Of a stretch of 64,000 bases of DNA, positions 30,180-40,490 are shown piece after piece. The stretch comes from Patescibacteria group bacterium. Lineage in GTDB: Bacteria; Patescibacteriota; Microgenomatia; Curtissbacterales; GWA2-41-24. The stretch lies in contig JBBTUN010000004.1 of NCBI GenBank assembly GCA_038063735.1, positions 106,646-170,645 of the forward strand, read 5' to 3'. The notes below the pieces were generated by a model. It made no database searches and was not told where the DNA came from. It saw only the letters and a list, made by a program, of their open reading frames with translations. The first letter of the stretch is position 1. The number at the start of each line of letters is the position of its first letter. The translations under genes were made by a program, and so were the position numbers.

Positions 30180-31151
30180 ATGAAAAAAACTACAACAATA
30201 GGCATCACCGGCGTGTGCGGATTTGTCGGGAGTAACCTTGCAGAAAGGCTCGTAAGTATGAACTATCACGTCATTGGAATTGATGATCTTTCCAAAGGGA
30301 ACAGACGAAATATAAATTCTTTAATAGGAAAAAAGAACTTTGAATTTAGAAAGCTCAAAACACAAAATCACAAACAACTAAAAAAGGTTTTTAAAAAAGC
30401 CGAAGTAATTTTTCATCTATCATCTGCAAAAATTCCCCGATACGGGGACCGGCTTCTAACTCTTATAGAAAATTCCAAAGGCATGGAATCAGTTTTAGAA
30501 ACGGCAAGAGTCAATAAGTCTAAAGTAATTTTTACTTCAACTTCAGATGTATACGGTAAAAACACCCAACTTCCCTTTACAGAGGACTCGAACTTAGTCC
30601 TCGGATCCTCTGAGGTAGCTAGGTGGGCTTACGCGGCTACCAAAATATTCGATGAGCATTTATGCTTCGCGTATCAAGAGCAATATAAAACAAAAATAGT
30701 AATTCTTAGATTATTTGGAGTTTACGGCCCAAAACAACATTTAACTTGGTGGGGAGGCCCGCAAGCACTTTTTATAGATAATATTTCAAAAGGGCGTAAT
30801 GTGGAAATACATGGTGACGGTTCTCAAACAAGAACCTTCGTTTACATTGATGATGTCATTGATGCTCTAGTAAAATTAATATCTAATCCTTCCGCAATTG
30901 GCCAAATCATAAACATAGGCACAACTCAAGAAATAACAATAGTTAATTTGGCCAGAATGATTGCAAAAATTCTCAAGAAAAAATTAATCGTAAAACGAGT
31001 CCCCTATAAAAGCTTTACTGGAAAAAAGTACGAAGATGTATTAAAAAGGAAGCCTTCTATAACAAAAGCGAACAAGCTTCTCAATTGGAGTCCTAAAACT
31101 GAACTAAAAAGCGGACTTGAAAAAACTATACAATGGCAACTTGATCAATGA
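30180..31151 (+). CDS. NAD-dependent epimerase/dehydratase (SDR)
   Basis: GVCGFVGSNL motif and YAATK Y-x3-K. Confidence 0.7.
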   Translation: MKKTTTIGITGVCGFVGSNLAERLVSMNYHVIGIDDLSKGNRRNINSLIGKKNFEFRKLKTQNHKQLKKVFKKAEVIFHLSSAKIPRYGDRLLTLIENSKGMESVLETARVNKSKVIFTSTSDVYGKNTQLPFTEDSNLVLGSSEVARWAYAATKIFDEHLCFAYQEQYKTKIVILRLFGVYGPKQHLTWWGGPQALFIDNISKGRNVEIHGDGSQTRTFVYIDDVIDALVKLISNPSAIGQIINIGTTQEITIVNLARMIAKILKKKLIVKRVPYKSFTGKKYEDVLKRKPSITKANKLLNWSPKTELKSGLEKTIQWQLDQ

Positions 31152-31882
31152 TTTATTTTTTAATACCTTCCTACAACGATTCCCACAACTTCCCAAAATT
31201 ATTGTCCAACATTAATAAATCAACACGAAAGGCTAAAAAGGTAATCATCGTGAGCGACGGCTCTACTGATAACACAAAAGAAGTTTTAAAAGGCCTAAGC
31301 TATAAATTCTTAGTAAAACTACTAAGCTATAAGCCCAATAGAGGACCCGGTTTCGCATTTAATCATGGTTTTGAGTACATACTGAATAAAGCTAATTCAA
31401 ATGACGTAATAATTACCATGGAGGCAGATAACACGTCGGACCATAAATTAGTAGAGAAACTTATTAAAGGTCTAGAAAAATCCGAGGTAGTTCTAGCATC
31501 ACCATATGCAAAAAAGGGTGGAGGGATTGTTGGTATAAGTATATTGAGAAAGTTGTTGAGCGTCGTGTCCAACAATTTGGACAAGCTTTTATTCCGAATC
31601 CCCAACGTTAACACGTACACCTCTTTTTTCAGGGCGTATAAGGTTTCCGCTCTATTAAAACTCAAAAAAGGAAATAGAAAAAATTTAATAGATGAAAATG
31701 GTTTTCCGTCGGTAGTAGAAATTTTAATAAGACTTCATAATTCTGGAGCAAATATAACTGAAATACCGTCAACGGTTGATTGGACAAATAAATCTGGTAA
31801 AAGTCACATGAACGTTACGAGAACTATAACCAGACATCTTGTAGTGTATAAAAATTATCTTCAGGGCAATTACAGCAAATGA
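31148..31882 (+). CDS. GT2 glycosyltransferase, likely a polyprenyl-phosphate sugar synthase (DPM1-like)
   Basis: LIPSYNDS…IIVSDGSTDNT…MEADNTSD motifs. Confidence 0.6.
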   Translation: MIYFLIPSYNDSHNFPKLLSNINKSTRKAKKVIIVSDGSTDNTKEVLKGLSYKFLVKLLSYKPNRGPGFAFNHGFEYILNKANSNDVIITMEADNTSDHKLVEKLIKGLEKSEVVLASPYAKKGGGIVGISILRKLLSVVSNNLDKLLFRIPNVNTYTSFFRAYKVSALLKLKKGNRKNLIDENGFPSVVEILIRLHNSGANITEIPSTVDWTNKSGKSHMNVTRTITRHLVVYKNYLQGNYSK

Positions 31883-32913
31883 AAAAAATAATTTCTATAG
31901 TGGGTACTAGGCCAAACTTCATAAAACTAGCGCCAGTAGCAGATAGCTTATTATCGACATATAAACACATCATTGTAAATACAGGTCAACATTACAACAA
32001 AGAACTCTCAAAAAACTTTTTTGATGAGCTAAAACTTCCCGAACCCAAATACAACCTGAAAGTAGGATCCAAAGAAAGCAAATTACAAATAACCAGCATG
32101 TTTATTAAGCTTTGTCCAATTCTAGAGAAAGAAAAACCATCTTTAGTTTTAATTTATGGAGATACAAATAGTAGCTTGGCTGGTAGTCTTGCTTCTGCAT
32201 ATAATCGGATTCCGATTGCTCATATTGAAGCCGGGATTAGATGCTTCGATAATTCTGTGCCTGAAGAGGTTAACAGAGTAATAATTGATCAAATTTCTGC
32301 CCTTTTATTCTGCCCCACTCAAACAGCTGTTGAAAACCTTAAAAAAGAAAGTATTCATAAAAATATACATTTCACTGGAGATGTCATGTATGACATATTC
32401 TTAAAAACAAAACCTCAGCCTATAAAACTTAAGTCGCCCAAGAAGTATTTCCTAGCAACTATCCACAGGCAGGAAAACACAAATAACAATACAAGACTTT
32501 TAAGTATTTTTAAATTCTTAAACAACCAAAGGATAAAAGTAATAATGCCTCTACATCCCAGAACCAAAAAAGTCATAGGAAAATTAACCAAAAATTATAA
32601 AAATATTGCCTTCGTAAAACCAATTTCTCACACTAATTTACTTTCTCTTATAAAAAAATCTTGCGGAGTTATTACGGATTCTGGAGGCATACAAAAAGAG
32701 GCGTACTGGCTGGGGGTACAATGTTATGTAATACGCAAATCAACCGAATGGCCAGAAACATTAAACAATAACAAATTAATAAAAAACATTGATACTGATT
32801 TTAAACTTAGGATAGAAAAAAGGCATCCCATCAATAAAAATTATTTTGGTGACGGAAAAGCAACCAAAAAAATAACATCTATTATTGCAGCTTATTTAAA
32901 CGACCCTGAGTGA
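31879..32913 (+). CDS. wecB: UDP-N-acetylglucosamine 2-epimerase (non-hydrolysing, WecB family)
   Basis: IVGTRPNFIKLAPV N-terminus and the HIEAG…TDSGGIQKEA motif. Confidence 0.75.
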   Translation: MKKIISIVGTRPNFIKLAPVADSLLSTYKHIIVNTGQHYNKELSKNFFDELKLPEPKYNLKVGSKESKLQITSMFIKLCPILEKEKPSLVLIYGDTNSSLAGSLASAYNRIPIAHIEAGIRCFDNSVPEEVNRVIIDQISALLFCPTQTAVENLKKESIHKNIHFTGDVMYDIFLKTKPQPIKLKSPKKYFLATIHRQENTNNNTRLLSIFKFLNNQRIKVIMPLHPRTKKVIGKLTKNYKNIAFVKPISHTNLLSLIKKSCGVITDSGGIQKEAYWLGVQCYVIRKSTEWPETLNNNKLIKNIDTDFKLRIEKRHPINKNYFGDGKATKKITSIIAAYLNDPE

Positions 32914-33658
32914 CTAAGAATATCTGTTTATCGCCTACAGAGATATATGCTGGCTCGAAGGGAGGAAAATCAAGTGCTCGAACAAAGTTATAAAATTTCT
33001 TCGGACTCCATTTTATATTAGCTTTTTTGTCTCTTAACGAGTTACGCGTATAATACCTAGCAATCTTTTCATTTTGAATTCGTGCTTTCACTGTTTTTCC
33101 TTGTTTGGCCTTTTCAATTATTATTGGTAGGTTTTTTGTAAAAACTCCAAGCGCAACTTTTTGTGCTCGCAGGTAGAGGCTGTAGCCCGTATCTTCAATT
33201 GAAATCGGTAAAGTTCCTTGAGCAATTATGGGCCCTGTATCAATACCAGTTTCAATATAATGCATAGTGACCCTATACTCCTTATCTCCATTCATGATCG
33301 CGTGTGCATAGCTATTACAACCTCTATATTCAGGAAGAGGCGCCGGATGTAAATTTATAGCTCCTAACGAACAATTTTCAAGATGTTGCGCTCCAAATAT
33401 ACCGCCATGCAATACACTAAAGGTAATATCAAACATAATATTATTCCACTTGCCCCAAGGAACAGTTTTAAATCCAAGTCTTTTAATTTCGTCCTCATCC
33501 ACCACATCTTTCCACCAAACCTTCTCAGTTTTTTTAGGAAAGCAGACTGCTTTGATTTCAACATCATCTCGTTTGGCAAGAAGCTTAAAACACTCAATGC
33601 CAAGCCATCTCGATCCTGCAAAACCCACAACTATTTTGTTGTTTTTCACAAATGCCAT
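32882..33658 (-). CDS. Formyltransferase (Fmt/ArnA-N/PurN-like), probable sugar N-formyltransferase
   Basis: INLHPAPLPEYRGCNSYAHAIMNG matches the formyl_transf N-domain HxSLLPxxRG-type motif. Convergent overlap with wecB. Confidence 0.7.
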   Translation of the reverse strand: MAFVKNNKIVVGFAGSRWLGIECFKLLAKRDDVEIKAVCFPKKTEKVWWKDVVDEDEIKRLGFKTVPWGKWNNIMFDITFSVLHGGIFGAQHLENCSLGAINLHPAPLPEYRGCNSYAHAIMNGDKEYRVTMHYIETGIDTGPIIAQGTLPISIEDTGYSLYLRAQKVALGVFTKNLPIIIEKAKQGKTVKARIQNEKIARYYTRNSLRDKKANIKWSPKKFYNFVRALDFPPFEPAYISVGDKQIFLVTQGRLNKLQ

Positions 33659-33731
33659 TTTAAAGTATAAACTTCAGATTAAGCAATACAAGTTGAATAG
33701 ATACTAAAAATATTAGACAATACTCGAAATT

Positions 33732-34712
33732 ATGAAGGTCGCAGTCATTGGCTTGGGATACATGGGCCAAAATCATGCTAGAGTACTTTCTCAATTAGAG
33801 GATGTCGAACTTGTTGCAGTGTGTGACATTGATGATTCAAAATCTGAATCATTAGCAAAAAAGTACAAGGTAAACGGATACTCAGATTATAAAAAAATGT
33901 TTAAAAACGAAATGCTTGACGCAGTTTTCATTTGCTTGCCAACGACACGTCATTACCAATCTGCTATTTTTGCTTTAAATTTAAAAATCCCTACATTCAT
34001 TGAAAAACCAATAGCGGCTACTATTACTCAAGCAAAAAAACTAGTTAAAATTTCAAAAACAAAAAAAGTACCTTTAATGATTGGACACATCGAAAGATTC
34101 AATCCTGTAGTTACTGAGATAAAGAATAGAATTAAATCAGGAGAACTAGGAAAAATAATACATATTCACACACAAAGATTTTCTCCACCGCCAACAAGAG
34201 CACAGGATGTCTCTGCCATAGTAGACCTTGGAACCCATGATGTTGATATAGTTAATTTTATAGCAGGTGAACAGCCAATTAGGATATTTGCAGAAACTGA
34301 TACCAAATACCACAAAAAAGAAGATCTTATGTCTGCAATACTCAGATACAAATCAGGAATCATAGGCTTAATAGAAGTAAGCTGGCTTCATCCGACAAAA
34401 ATAAGAAATTTAACAGTTTTGGGTGAAAACGGTATGTATATTGCAAATTACTTAACTCAAGAATTATTTTTTTATAAACAGAATGAATTAATCGTCAAAA
34501 AAACGACAATTCCATCGCCAATTCAAACCTGGGCGGACGTAATAAAAGTAGCTTTTGAAGCTAAAGAACCGCTTCAAATTGAGATAAGATCCTTTGTAAC
34601 TGCACTAAAAAATAAAACTGAAATGCCTGTGACCCCAGCAGAAGGATTGGCAGCATTAGTACTTATTGAAAAAATAACAAAATCAGGTGCTAGATGTAAA
34701 ATTGTAAAATGA
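33732..34712 (+). CDS. Gfo/Idh/MocA family NAD-dependent oxidoreductase (WbpB-like sugar dehydrogenase)
   Basis: MKVAVIGLGYMGQNHARV Rossmann N-terminus and EKP motif. Confidence 0.7.
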   Translation: MKVAVIGLGYMGQNHARVLSQLEDVELVAVCDIDDSKSESLAKKYKVNGYSDYKKMFKNEMLDAVFICLPTTRHYQSAIFALNLKIPTFIEKPIAATITQAKKLVKISKTKKVPLMIGHIERFNPVVTEIKNRIKSGELGKIIHIHTQRFSPPPTRAQDVSAIVDLGTHDVDIVNFIAGEQPIRIFAETDTKYHKKEDLMSAILRYKSGIIGLIEVSWLHPTKIRNLTVLGENGMYIANYLTQELFFYKQNELIVKKTTIPSPIQTWADVIKVAFEAKEPLQIEIRSFVTALKNKTEMPVTPAEGLAALVLIEKITKSGARCKIVK

Positions 34713-35980
34713 AAGTCGCGGTTATTGGCTTAGGTTACGTAGGACTCCCTCTAACGTTGCTATTATCGTCTAAAAATTATAGCGTAGTAGCAATAGACAA
34801 AAGCATAGAAAAAATAGAAAAGCTTTCAAAGGGAGTTCTGCCTTTTTCTCGCAAGGAGCCAGGCATAGTTGATTTTTTTAATAAATCTAAAATTAAACGA
34901 AACATTGTTTACTCAAACTCTTTCGAAAAGCTAAGAGAGGTCAACACTATTCTCGTTTCTGTGGACACTCCCACGCGAGGCAAAAACCCTGATTACAAAT
35001 CATTAAAAAGAGCTCTTCAATCTATAGCAAAAAATTTAAATAAAAAAACAACAATTATTATTGAGTCTACGCTTGCGCCAAAAACCACTAATAATTTAGT
35101 AATACCAATTATTGAGAAATACTCAAGCTACAAAATAAACGAGGAATTTTATGTAGCAGTAGCTCCAGAAAGAATAAGGCCAAACTATATATTTAAGCAG
35201 CTAACTACGTTATCAAGGGTTATAGGAATATCTAGTCCAACAATCAAAAACGCAATCAAAAAACTATATAAGGACATAACAATAGGAGATTTAGATTTTG
35301 TCGATCCCACAACGGCAGAAACTGTCAAAACGGTGGAAAATACTTTTAGAGACGTAAATATAGCGTTTGCCAATCAAGTTGCTATCGCCTGTGAAGAACT
35401 AGGTGTCAACGTGTGGAAAGTAAGAGACCTTGTCAATAAGTCACCTTTCCATAATTTGCATAGACCAGGATCCGGTGTTGGAGGTCATTGTATACCGAAA
35501 GATCCTTGGCTGCTCTCTTCCAGTGTTAGTAACAATAAACTTTCTATGATTAAGGATGCACGGAGAACTAACGATAATATGCCCATGCATTTATTTGAGC
35601 TTTTTCAGCAGGCACTCAAGGAAGAAAATATCGATCCTAAAAAAGCAAAAGTTTGTATTCTTGGTTATTCTTACGTTGAGGACTCTGATGATACAAGAAA
35701 CTCTCCCACAATATTACTGATAGATATTTTAAAAACTAAAAAAATCAATTTTACTCTTCATGACCCAAACGTGGATGGATTAAACGCAAATATTTTGAAT
35801 GCATTAAAAGGAGCTACCTGTTTAATCTTAACTGTTGGACACAAGGAATACAAAGATCTCACTCTTAAGAAGCTAGACAGTCTCCTCAAAAATAAAATAA
35901 TAATAGACGGAAGAAATTTTTTTGATAAAGAATTATTACAAAAATCCGGATTTACCTATAAAGGCATTGGCAATGTTTAG
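34709..35980 (+). CDS. UDP-sugar 6-dehydrogenase (UDP-GlcNAc/ManNAc dehydrogenase, WecC/WbpA-like)
   Basis: MKVAVIGLGYVGLP N-terminus and the catalytic GGHCIPKDP motif. Confidence 0.8.
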   Translation: MKVAVIGLGYVGLPLTLLLSSKNYSVVAIDKSIEKIEKLSKGVLPFSRKEPGIVDFFNKSKIKRNIVYSNSFEKLREVNTILVSVDTPTRGKNPDYKSLKRALQSIAKNLNKKTTIIIESTLAPKTTNNLVIPIIEKYSSYKINEEFYVAVAPERIRPNYIFKQLTTLSRVIGISSPTIKNAIKKLYKDITIGDLDFVDPTTAETVKTVENTFRDVNIAFANQVAIACEELGVNVWKVRDLVNKSPFHNLHRPGSGVGGHCIPKDPWLLSSSVSNNKLSMIKDARRTNDNMPMHLFELFQQALKEENIDPKKAKVCILGYSYVEDSDDTRNSPTILLIDILKTKKINFTLHDPNVDGLNANILNALKGATCLILTVGHKEYKDLTLKKLDSLLKNKIIIDGRNFFDKELLQKSGFTYKGIGNV

Positions 35981-37298
35981 TGCCCTGATAATTTTGGCCT
36001 TTGTTGTTCGATTAGCTTTAATGCCAATATCTGTTCACTCTGATTTATTCTTTATAAATTATTTTCCTAACTTAATTTACACTAAAAATGTTTTTGACAT
36101 ATTTTCCTTTACTCATAATGATTTATCAAAATTAAACGTATCCTACTACCCACCGATTACGTTTTACTTTTTTGGGTTATTTCAGTATTTCTATCATTTT
36201 TTGTCTCAAAGTTTTTCACCATGGATGACCCAGATTTATAACCTTAGGATGAGCGGTGTAAATGGACAATCTTATGATTACCTATCTAAAGCTCCAAATG
36301 AGCACATTTATAAGGATATATTTTTAGCAAAATTTCCATACCTCTTATTTGACCTATCTTCAATTTACGTGATAATGATATATGCAAAAAAACATCTTCT
36401 TAGAAAAAACGCTATTCTAGTTTGGCTCTTTAATCCTGTTATTTTGTATGGTGTTTACTTAATGGGGCAATATGACGTAATTCCAGCATTTTTTGTCCTT
36501 TTAAGTTTTCTGTTAATAAGAAAAAATGTTTATCTTGGAATCATTGTGCTTGGGGTTGCCGCAGCGTTCAAGAATTTTGCCTTTATTTTTATTCTTCCGA
36601 CTATTCTAATTTATATGAAAAGCCCCATCGAGCGCCTCAAGCTTGCAATTGTATCCTTTCTGCCATATTTTGTTTTCCTCTGTCCTACGCTCATTCATGA
36701 CCCAACAGCGGCAATATTTTCGTTCCTTCCTAAAGTTTATTTATCATACCGCAAGCCACTTGAAGACTGGGCACTTTACTCTCAATACATTAAGTATGGG
36801 TTGTTCATGTTAGGGTATGGAGTATTTTTGACTATGTCTTTTTCATTAAAAAGCAGAGATAAGTGGAGACTTGCTGTTGGACTTTGTTTGGCTTCCATTT
36901 TGCTCTTTTTTTCCTTTGCACCAAGAATCTCATTTCATTATCTTCTTTGGGGTGTTCCATTAATAATTATTTGGTATAAAAATTCAAAGACATCATTTTT
37001 AATAATATTAATCCAATCAATAAGCTTAGCCTCTTACAAATTATTGGCGATACAACTGCAACTAGGACTATTTGCTCCAATAAACCTCGCTTTTTCAGTA
37101 TCAACAACGTTTAATGGTTACGTAAATAATTTTTTCCCTTATCGGATAATTAGTACAATGGGATATTTTATTTTTCTTTTTACAAATCTATTTTTAATTA
37201 CTCAAATTATTTTAAACCTATTATTTAGCGAGCCTGCTCTCGTTAAAAATATTGAGAAGAAAAGAGAAAGAAAACAACTTATTTTTCAATCAAGTTAA
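35973..37298 (+). CDS. Polytopic membrane protein (GT-C-like, paralog of 51957-53333). The start is moved to the ATG at 35973, which overlaps the stop of the upstream gene.
   Basis: At least 10 TM segments. It shares a …YYPP… block with 51957-53333 (TTDYPPFAF). Confidence 0.45.
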   Translation: MFSALIILAFVVRLALMPISVHSDLFFINYFPNLIYTKNVFDIFSFTHNDLSKLNVSYYPPITFYFFGLFQYFYHFLSQSFSPWMTQIYNLRMSGVNGQSYDYLSKAPNEHIYKDIFLAKFPYLLFDLSSIYVIMIYAKKHLLRKNAILVWLFNPVILYGVYLMGQYDVIPAFFVLLSFLLIRKNVYLGIIVLGVAAAFKNFAFIFILPTILIYMKSPIERLKLAIVSFLPYFVFLCPTLIHDPTAAIFSFLPKVYLSYRKPLEDWALYSQYIKYGLFMLGYGVFLTMSFSLKSRDKWRLAVGLCLASILLFFSFAPRISFHYLLWGVPLIIIWYKNSKTSFLIILIQSISLASYKLLAIQLQLGLFAPINLAFSVSTTFNGYVNNFFPYRIISTMGYFIFLFTNLFLITQIILNLLFSEPALVKNIEKKRERKQLIFQSS

Positions 37299-38787
37299 AA
37301 ACTACGTAGTTATCATTATCAGCTATTGTTGTGTACTTCTTGTACATATAGTCACTAAAATTTTTATTTAAAAGAAGTTGGTTTTTGTATGAGCTAGCAA
37401 ATATTACCGCCCCCTGGCTCCTTAGCTTTTCTACTTCATCGATAGCATCAGAGACAACCATGTTACTAACTCCATAGAAACTAAAGTTCTCTAAGATCTT
37501 ATTCCTCTGCACATCGAATCCCCATCCCCTTCGTTGTGAATAAAAGACTAACGCTGGGCCTGCATCCATAGATCCAATAACAAGGTCATTCGGCCCTGTA
37601 TTCTTATTAATTACATCAGCAGTCTCTATTACGTAATTAAATCTATCTATTGGCTTATAAGCACGTTGATAAGTTGGTGCAAGCATTGTGATCAAAGTAA
37701 AAGCTACCAAAACAAAAATTATCAAACTCGGTTTAACACTTATTCTCCTTATTAAAGAAGACCACATATTTTCGCATGCAATTCCAATAAAAAGACATGC
37801 AATAGGCAACATTGGCAAGTGATAATACTCATGTGTCATATTGTGTTTGTTAAAAATTATAAAATAAGCAAATACACCGAACAACCAAAAATAAAGGAAT
37901 CTCTGATCAGGTTTCAGTTTTTGAAAAATGCCAACTATAAAGAGCAAAATGCCTGTAGGTAAAAGAACTAAATGATATTCAAACCCGAATACATTATAAT
38001 AATATTGGCGATTCCAAAATAAATTAATGCCGAACCAATTCCCAACAGAGAAGGCACTATGAGAAACCCCACTAAAATCTTTTAGCAAAAATCCATAAGC
38101 CGTCCACACTCCAACAGGTAGGCACGCAACAAAAAAGTATAAAAAAAAGAGCCTACCGATTTTGAGTTTAGTGGTTAAGATTAATAATAGTAATGGGAAA
38201 AGTAAGAAAATAATTGCTGGCAACTTTGTAAGTATTGCCAAAGATGCAAATATTGAACTAATTACAAAGTAAACTACTTTCTTGTTTTTGGTCCATTTCA
38301 AAAGCGTAAAAATCGCCGCCAAAGAAAAAGTGATCATCCATTGATCTGGCTGAAAACTTTTACTAATTAGAACAGATAAAGGAGAAAAAGTATAAAAATA
38401 TAAAGCAGTCAACGAACCGATATTTTTGGTAAACATTCTCGAAATTGAATATATAAGAAAAGCGGCAATCAACCACGCCCATACAGACACAGCTCGCCCA
38501 AGTGTTTCGTTTACACCGCCAAAAATTTTATATGTTAACACTACAATTGAGTTATAGATAGGCGCCTCCAAAAGAAAAATTTTTTTCTCAGGACCTAAAT
38601 AACTCACTTTTGGTTTTAGAAATTCACTATCATAAAAAAGATTTTTGGTAATTTCTGCTGTCTGAATTTGTCTTGAAGGATAAAATTCAAGAAGAGGAAT
38701 ATCTATTTTATAAAGTCTAACTGATAAACCGAAAAGCAAGATTATTAGAAATAATTTCTGATACGAGGTACTTTTAATTAAGTTCAT
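37279..38787 (-). CDS. GT-C family glycosyltransferase (ArnT/PMT-like). Last gene of the nonulosonic-acid operon.
   Basis: 502 aa with about 11 TM segments and a roughly 130-aa soluble C-terminal domain. Overlaps the upstream gene by 14 bp. Confidence 0.55.
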   Translation of the reverse strand: MNLIKSTSYQKLFLIILLFGLSVRLYKIDIPLLEFYPSRQIQTAEITKNLFYDSEFLKPKVSYLGPEKKIFLLEAPIYNSIVVLTYKIFGGVNETLGRAVSVWAWLIAAFLIYSISRMFTKNIGSLTALYFYTFSPLSVLISKSFQPDQWMITFSLAAIFTLLKWTKNKKVVYFVISSIFASLAILTKLPAIIFLLFPLLLLILTTKLKIGRLFFLYFFVACLPVGVWTAYGFLLKDFSGVSHSAFSVGNWFGINLFWNRQYYYNVFGFEYHLVLLPTGILLFIVGIFQKLKPDQRFLYFWLFGVFAYFIIFNKHNMTHEYYHLPMLPIACLFIGIACENMWSSLIRRISVKPSLIIFVLVAFTLITMLAPTYQRAYKPIDRFNYVIETADVINKNTGPNDLVIGSMDAGPALVFYSQRRGWGFDVQRNKILENFSFYGVSNMVVSDAIDEVEKLRSQGAVIFASSYKNQLLLNKNFSDYMYKKYTTIADNDNYVVFNLIEK

Positions 38788-40489
38788 ACTCTGTTCGTTT
38801 CAACATATTAAATATTTTGTCCGATGAGTTAGTTCCAAAAGAACAATAATCCAACAAAAACTTAGCTATCTTACTGTTTTTAGTCGCACTTCTACTCCTT
38901 AGTATTGTCTCTAGACAATGGTTAAGCTCTGATTTATTCTTTGCGACAGATACACCACTGTTTTCTAAGAACTTCTTGGGAAAAATCATTGAAGGAAAGT
39001 AGATAACAGGTTTGCCCATCAAAAGTGCGTATAAAGTTGCTGTGGTTGTCTGCCCGATGATTACATCTGAGCCTCCCAGTAAGTTTACCAAATCCGAATT
39101 TTCATCAAAGTATATTTTTAGTTTTTCTTTTTTTGCAATCGCCTTTAAGACTTTATCGGAAGTTCTCGGATGCAATCGAACAATAATGTTCGCGTTAATT
39201 GCAGTATCTCTCAAAGAGGCTAAAATGATTTTAAAAGTTTTCTCGGTGTTATTGAATTTGTACTGAGAAGAAAAGCCTTCAGCTTGGTGGTGTAAATACA
39301 ATATTTCTAGTCTAGATGACTTGAAGTCTCTTTTTGAATTAAATTTATTTAATTTATCAAAATTTGGCCAACCGCCAACGATTAATCTTTTTGCATCAAT
39401 CCCAAATTTCCCACACAACTTTTTAGTACTTTCTCCCCATACTTCAAAAATGTTAGCCACTAAGTATTTACTATCAATCCCGACATGAAGTCCGTGCTGA
39501 ATCTCAAGAGTTGGAATTTTATTTTTGTTAGCTTCTCTCAGCATTATTTGATTTGTCGAGTCGTTTGTAACTGCCACAACTTGTTTAACATTTATATTGC
39601 GCAGAAGATAGGAAAAAAAAGATTTGTAATTTTCAAGATTAAGCGCATCAACAATTACAACTGAAATTAATTTATCACTAAAAATTGGGTACAAGTCAAA
39701 ATTTTTGTACTTATAGATAGATCTAGATATTGACCGAAGCAAAATGAAATACCTAAACTTTAAAACCAAGTTAAAAATTAATGAAGATAAGTTAACTTCG
39801 CCGGTGTAGTTTAAAAACCTAATGCCACTTTTTACTAGCTCTGGTTCAGCCTGGCCAACTCTGCCTACAACTAAAAGAGAATTTTTCTCAAACTTTTTAA
39901 TTAGTGGAAAGCACCCTAGGATGTGGTAATGGTGAGCCAAAAAAAGCGTAACATCTTCATCTCCAAACACCGCAAAACTATTAAGTGATTTAATTTTTGG
40001 AGGCTTAAAAAGTTGTATCAGATGCTTGATTAAATTGATTTCTACAGTTTTGTTTTTTTTTACTCTTATTCCTTTTTCTTTACAAAGAAACTCGATAAGT
40101 GGTGATAGTGTTTCATGATCAAAGACAAAAAAACTTTTTACACCTTTCTTTTCTCTATCTATATAAACTGTAGTAGGCCGTTCTTTATCTAGTAGTGAAT
40201 TCAAACTTTCAAGTAAATATAAACGTTTGGCAAAAAAATGATGCAGACTGAGATTCAGAGAGCGCAAAACGTCACTTTCTTCACTAACCCAATCTCTGGC
40301 CCAGATCTCTGAGTGTTTACTGATAACATCTTTATTCGCTCGGTCGTAAAAGTCTTCAAAGTTCAAATATCTGATATTTTTATTTATCAAGTAAGTCTTG
40401 ACATCGTCATTTAGCGGTACTAGATGGTTTTTGTCATCGAAGTTAGACAAACTACTAATGTTTGACACGAAGGTAATGTTTTTTGCCAT
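38774..40489 (-). CDS. Soluble GT-B-like protein of the capsule-biosynthesis / TagF / sialyltransferase superfamily. Candidate CMP-nonulosonate transferase.
   Basis: 571 aa. An LHPR 'HP' motif followed by DVIIGQTTTATLYALLMGKPVIYFP. Co-operonic with the CMP-sugar synthetase. Confidence 0.35.
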   Translation of the reverse strand: MAKNITFVSNISSLSNFDDKNHLVPLNDDVKTYLINKNIRYLNFEDFYDRANKDVISKHSEIWARDWVSEESDVLRSLNLSLHHFFAKRLYLLESLNSLLDKERPTTVYIDREKKGVKSFFVFDHETLSPLIEFLCKEKGIRVKKNKTVEINLIKHLIQLFKPPKIKSLNSFAVFGDEDVTLFLAHHYHILGCFPLIKKFEKNSLLVVGRVGQAEPELVKSGIRFLNYTGEVNLSSLIFNLVLKFRYFILLRSISRSIYKYKNFDLYPIFSDKLISVVIVDALNLENYKSFFSYLLRNINVKQVVAVTNDSTNQIMLREANKNKIPTLEIQHGLHVGIDSKYLVANIFEVWGESTKKLCGKFGIDAKRLIVGGWPNFDKLNKFNSKRDFKSSRLEILYLHHQAEGFSSQYKFNNTEKTFKIILASLRDTAINANIIVRLHPRTSDKVLKAIAKKEKLKIYFDENSDLVNLLGGSDVIIGQTTTATLYALLMGKPVIYFPSMIFPKKFLENSGVSVAKNKSELNHCLETILRSRSATKNSKIAKFLLDYCSFGTNSSDKIFNMLKRTEYELN

Positions 40490-40490
40490 C

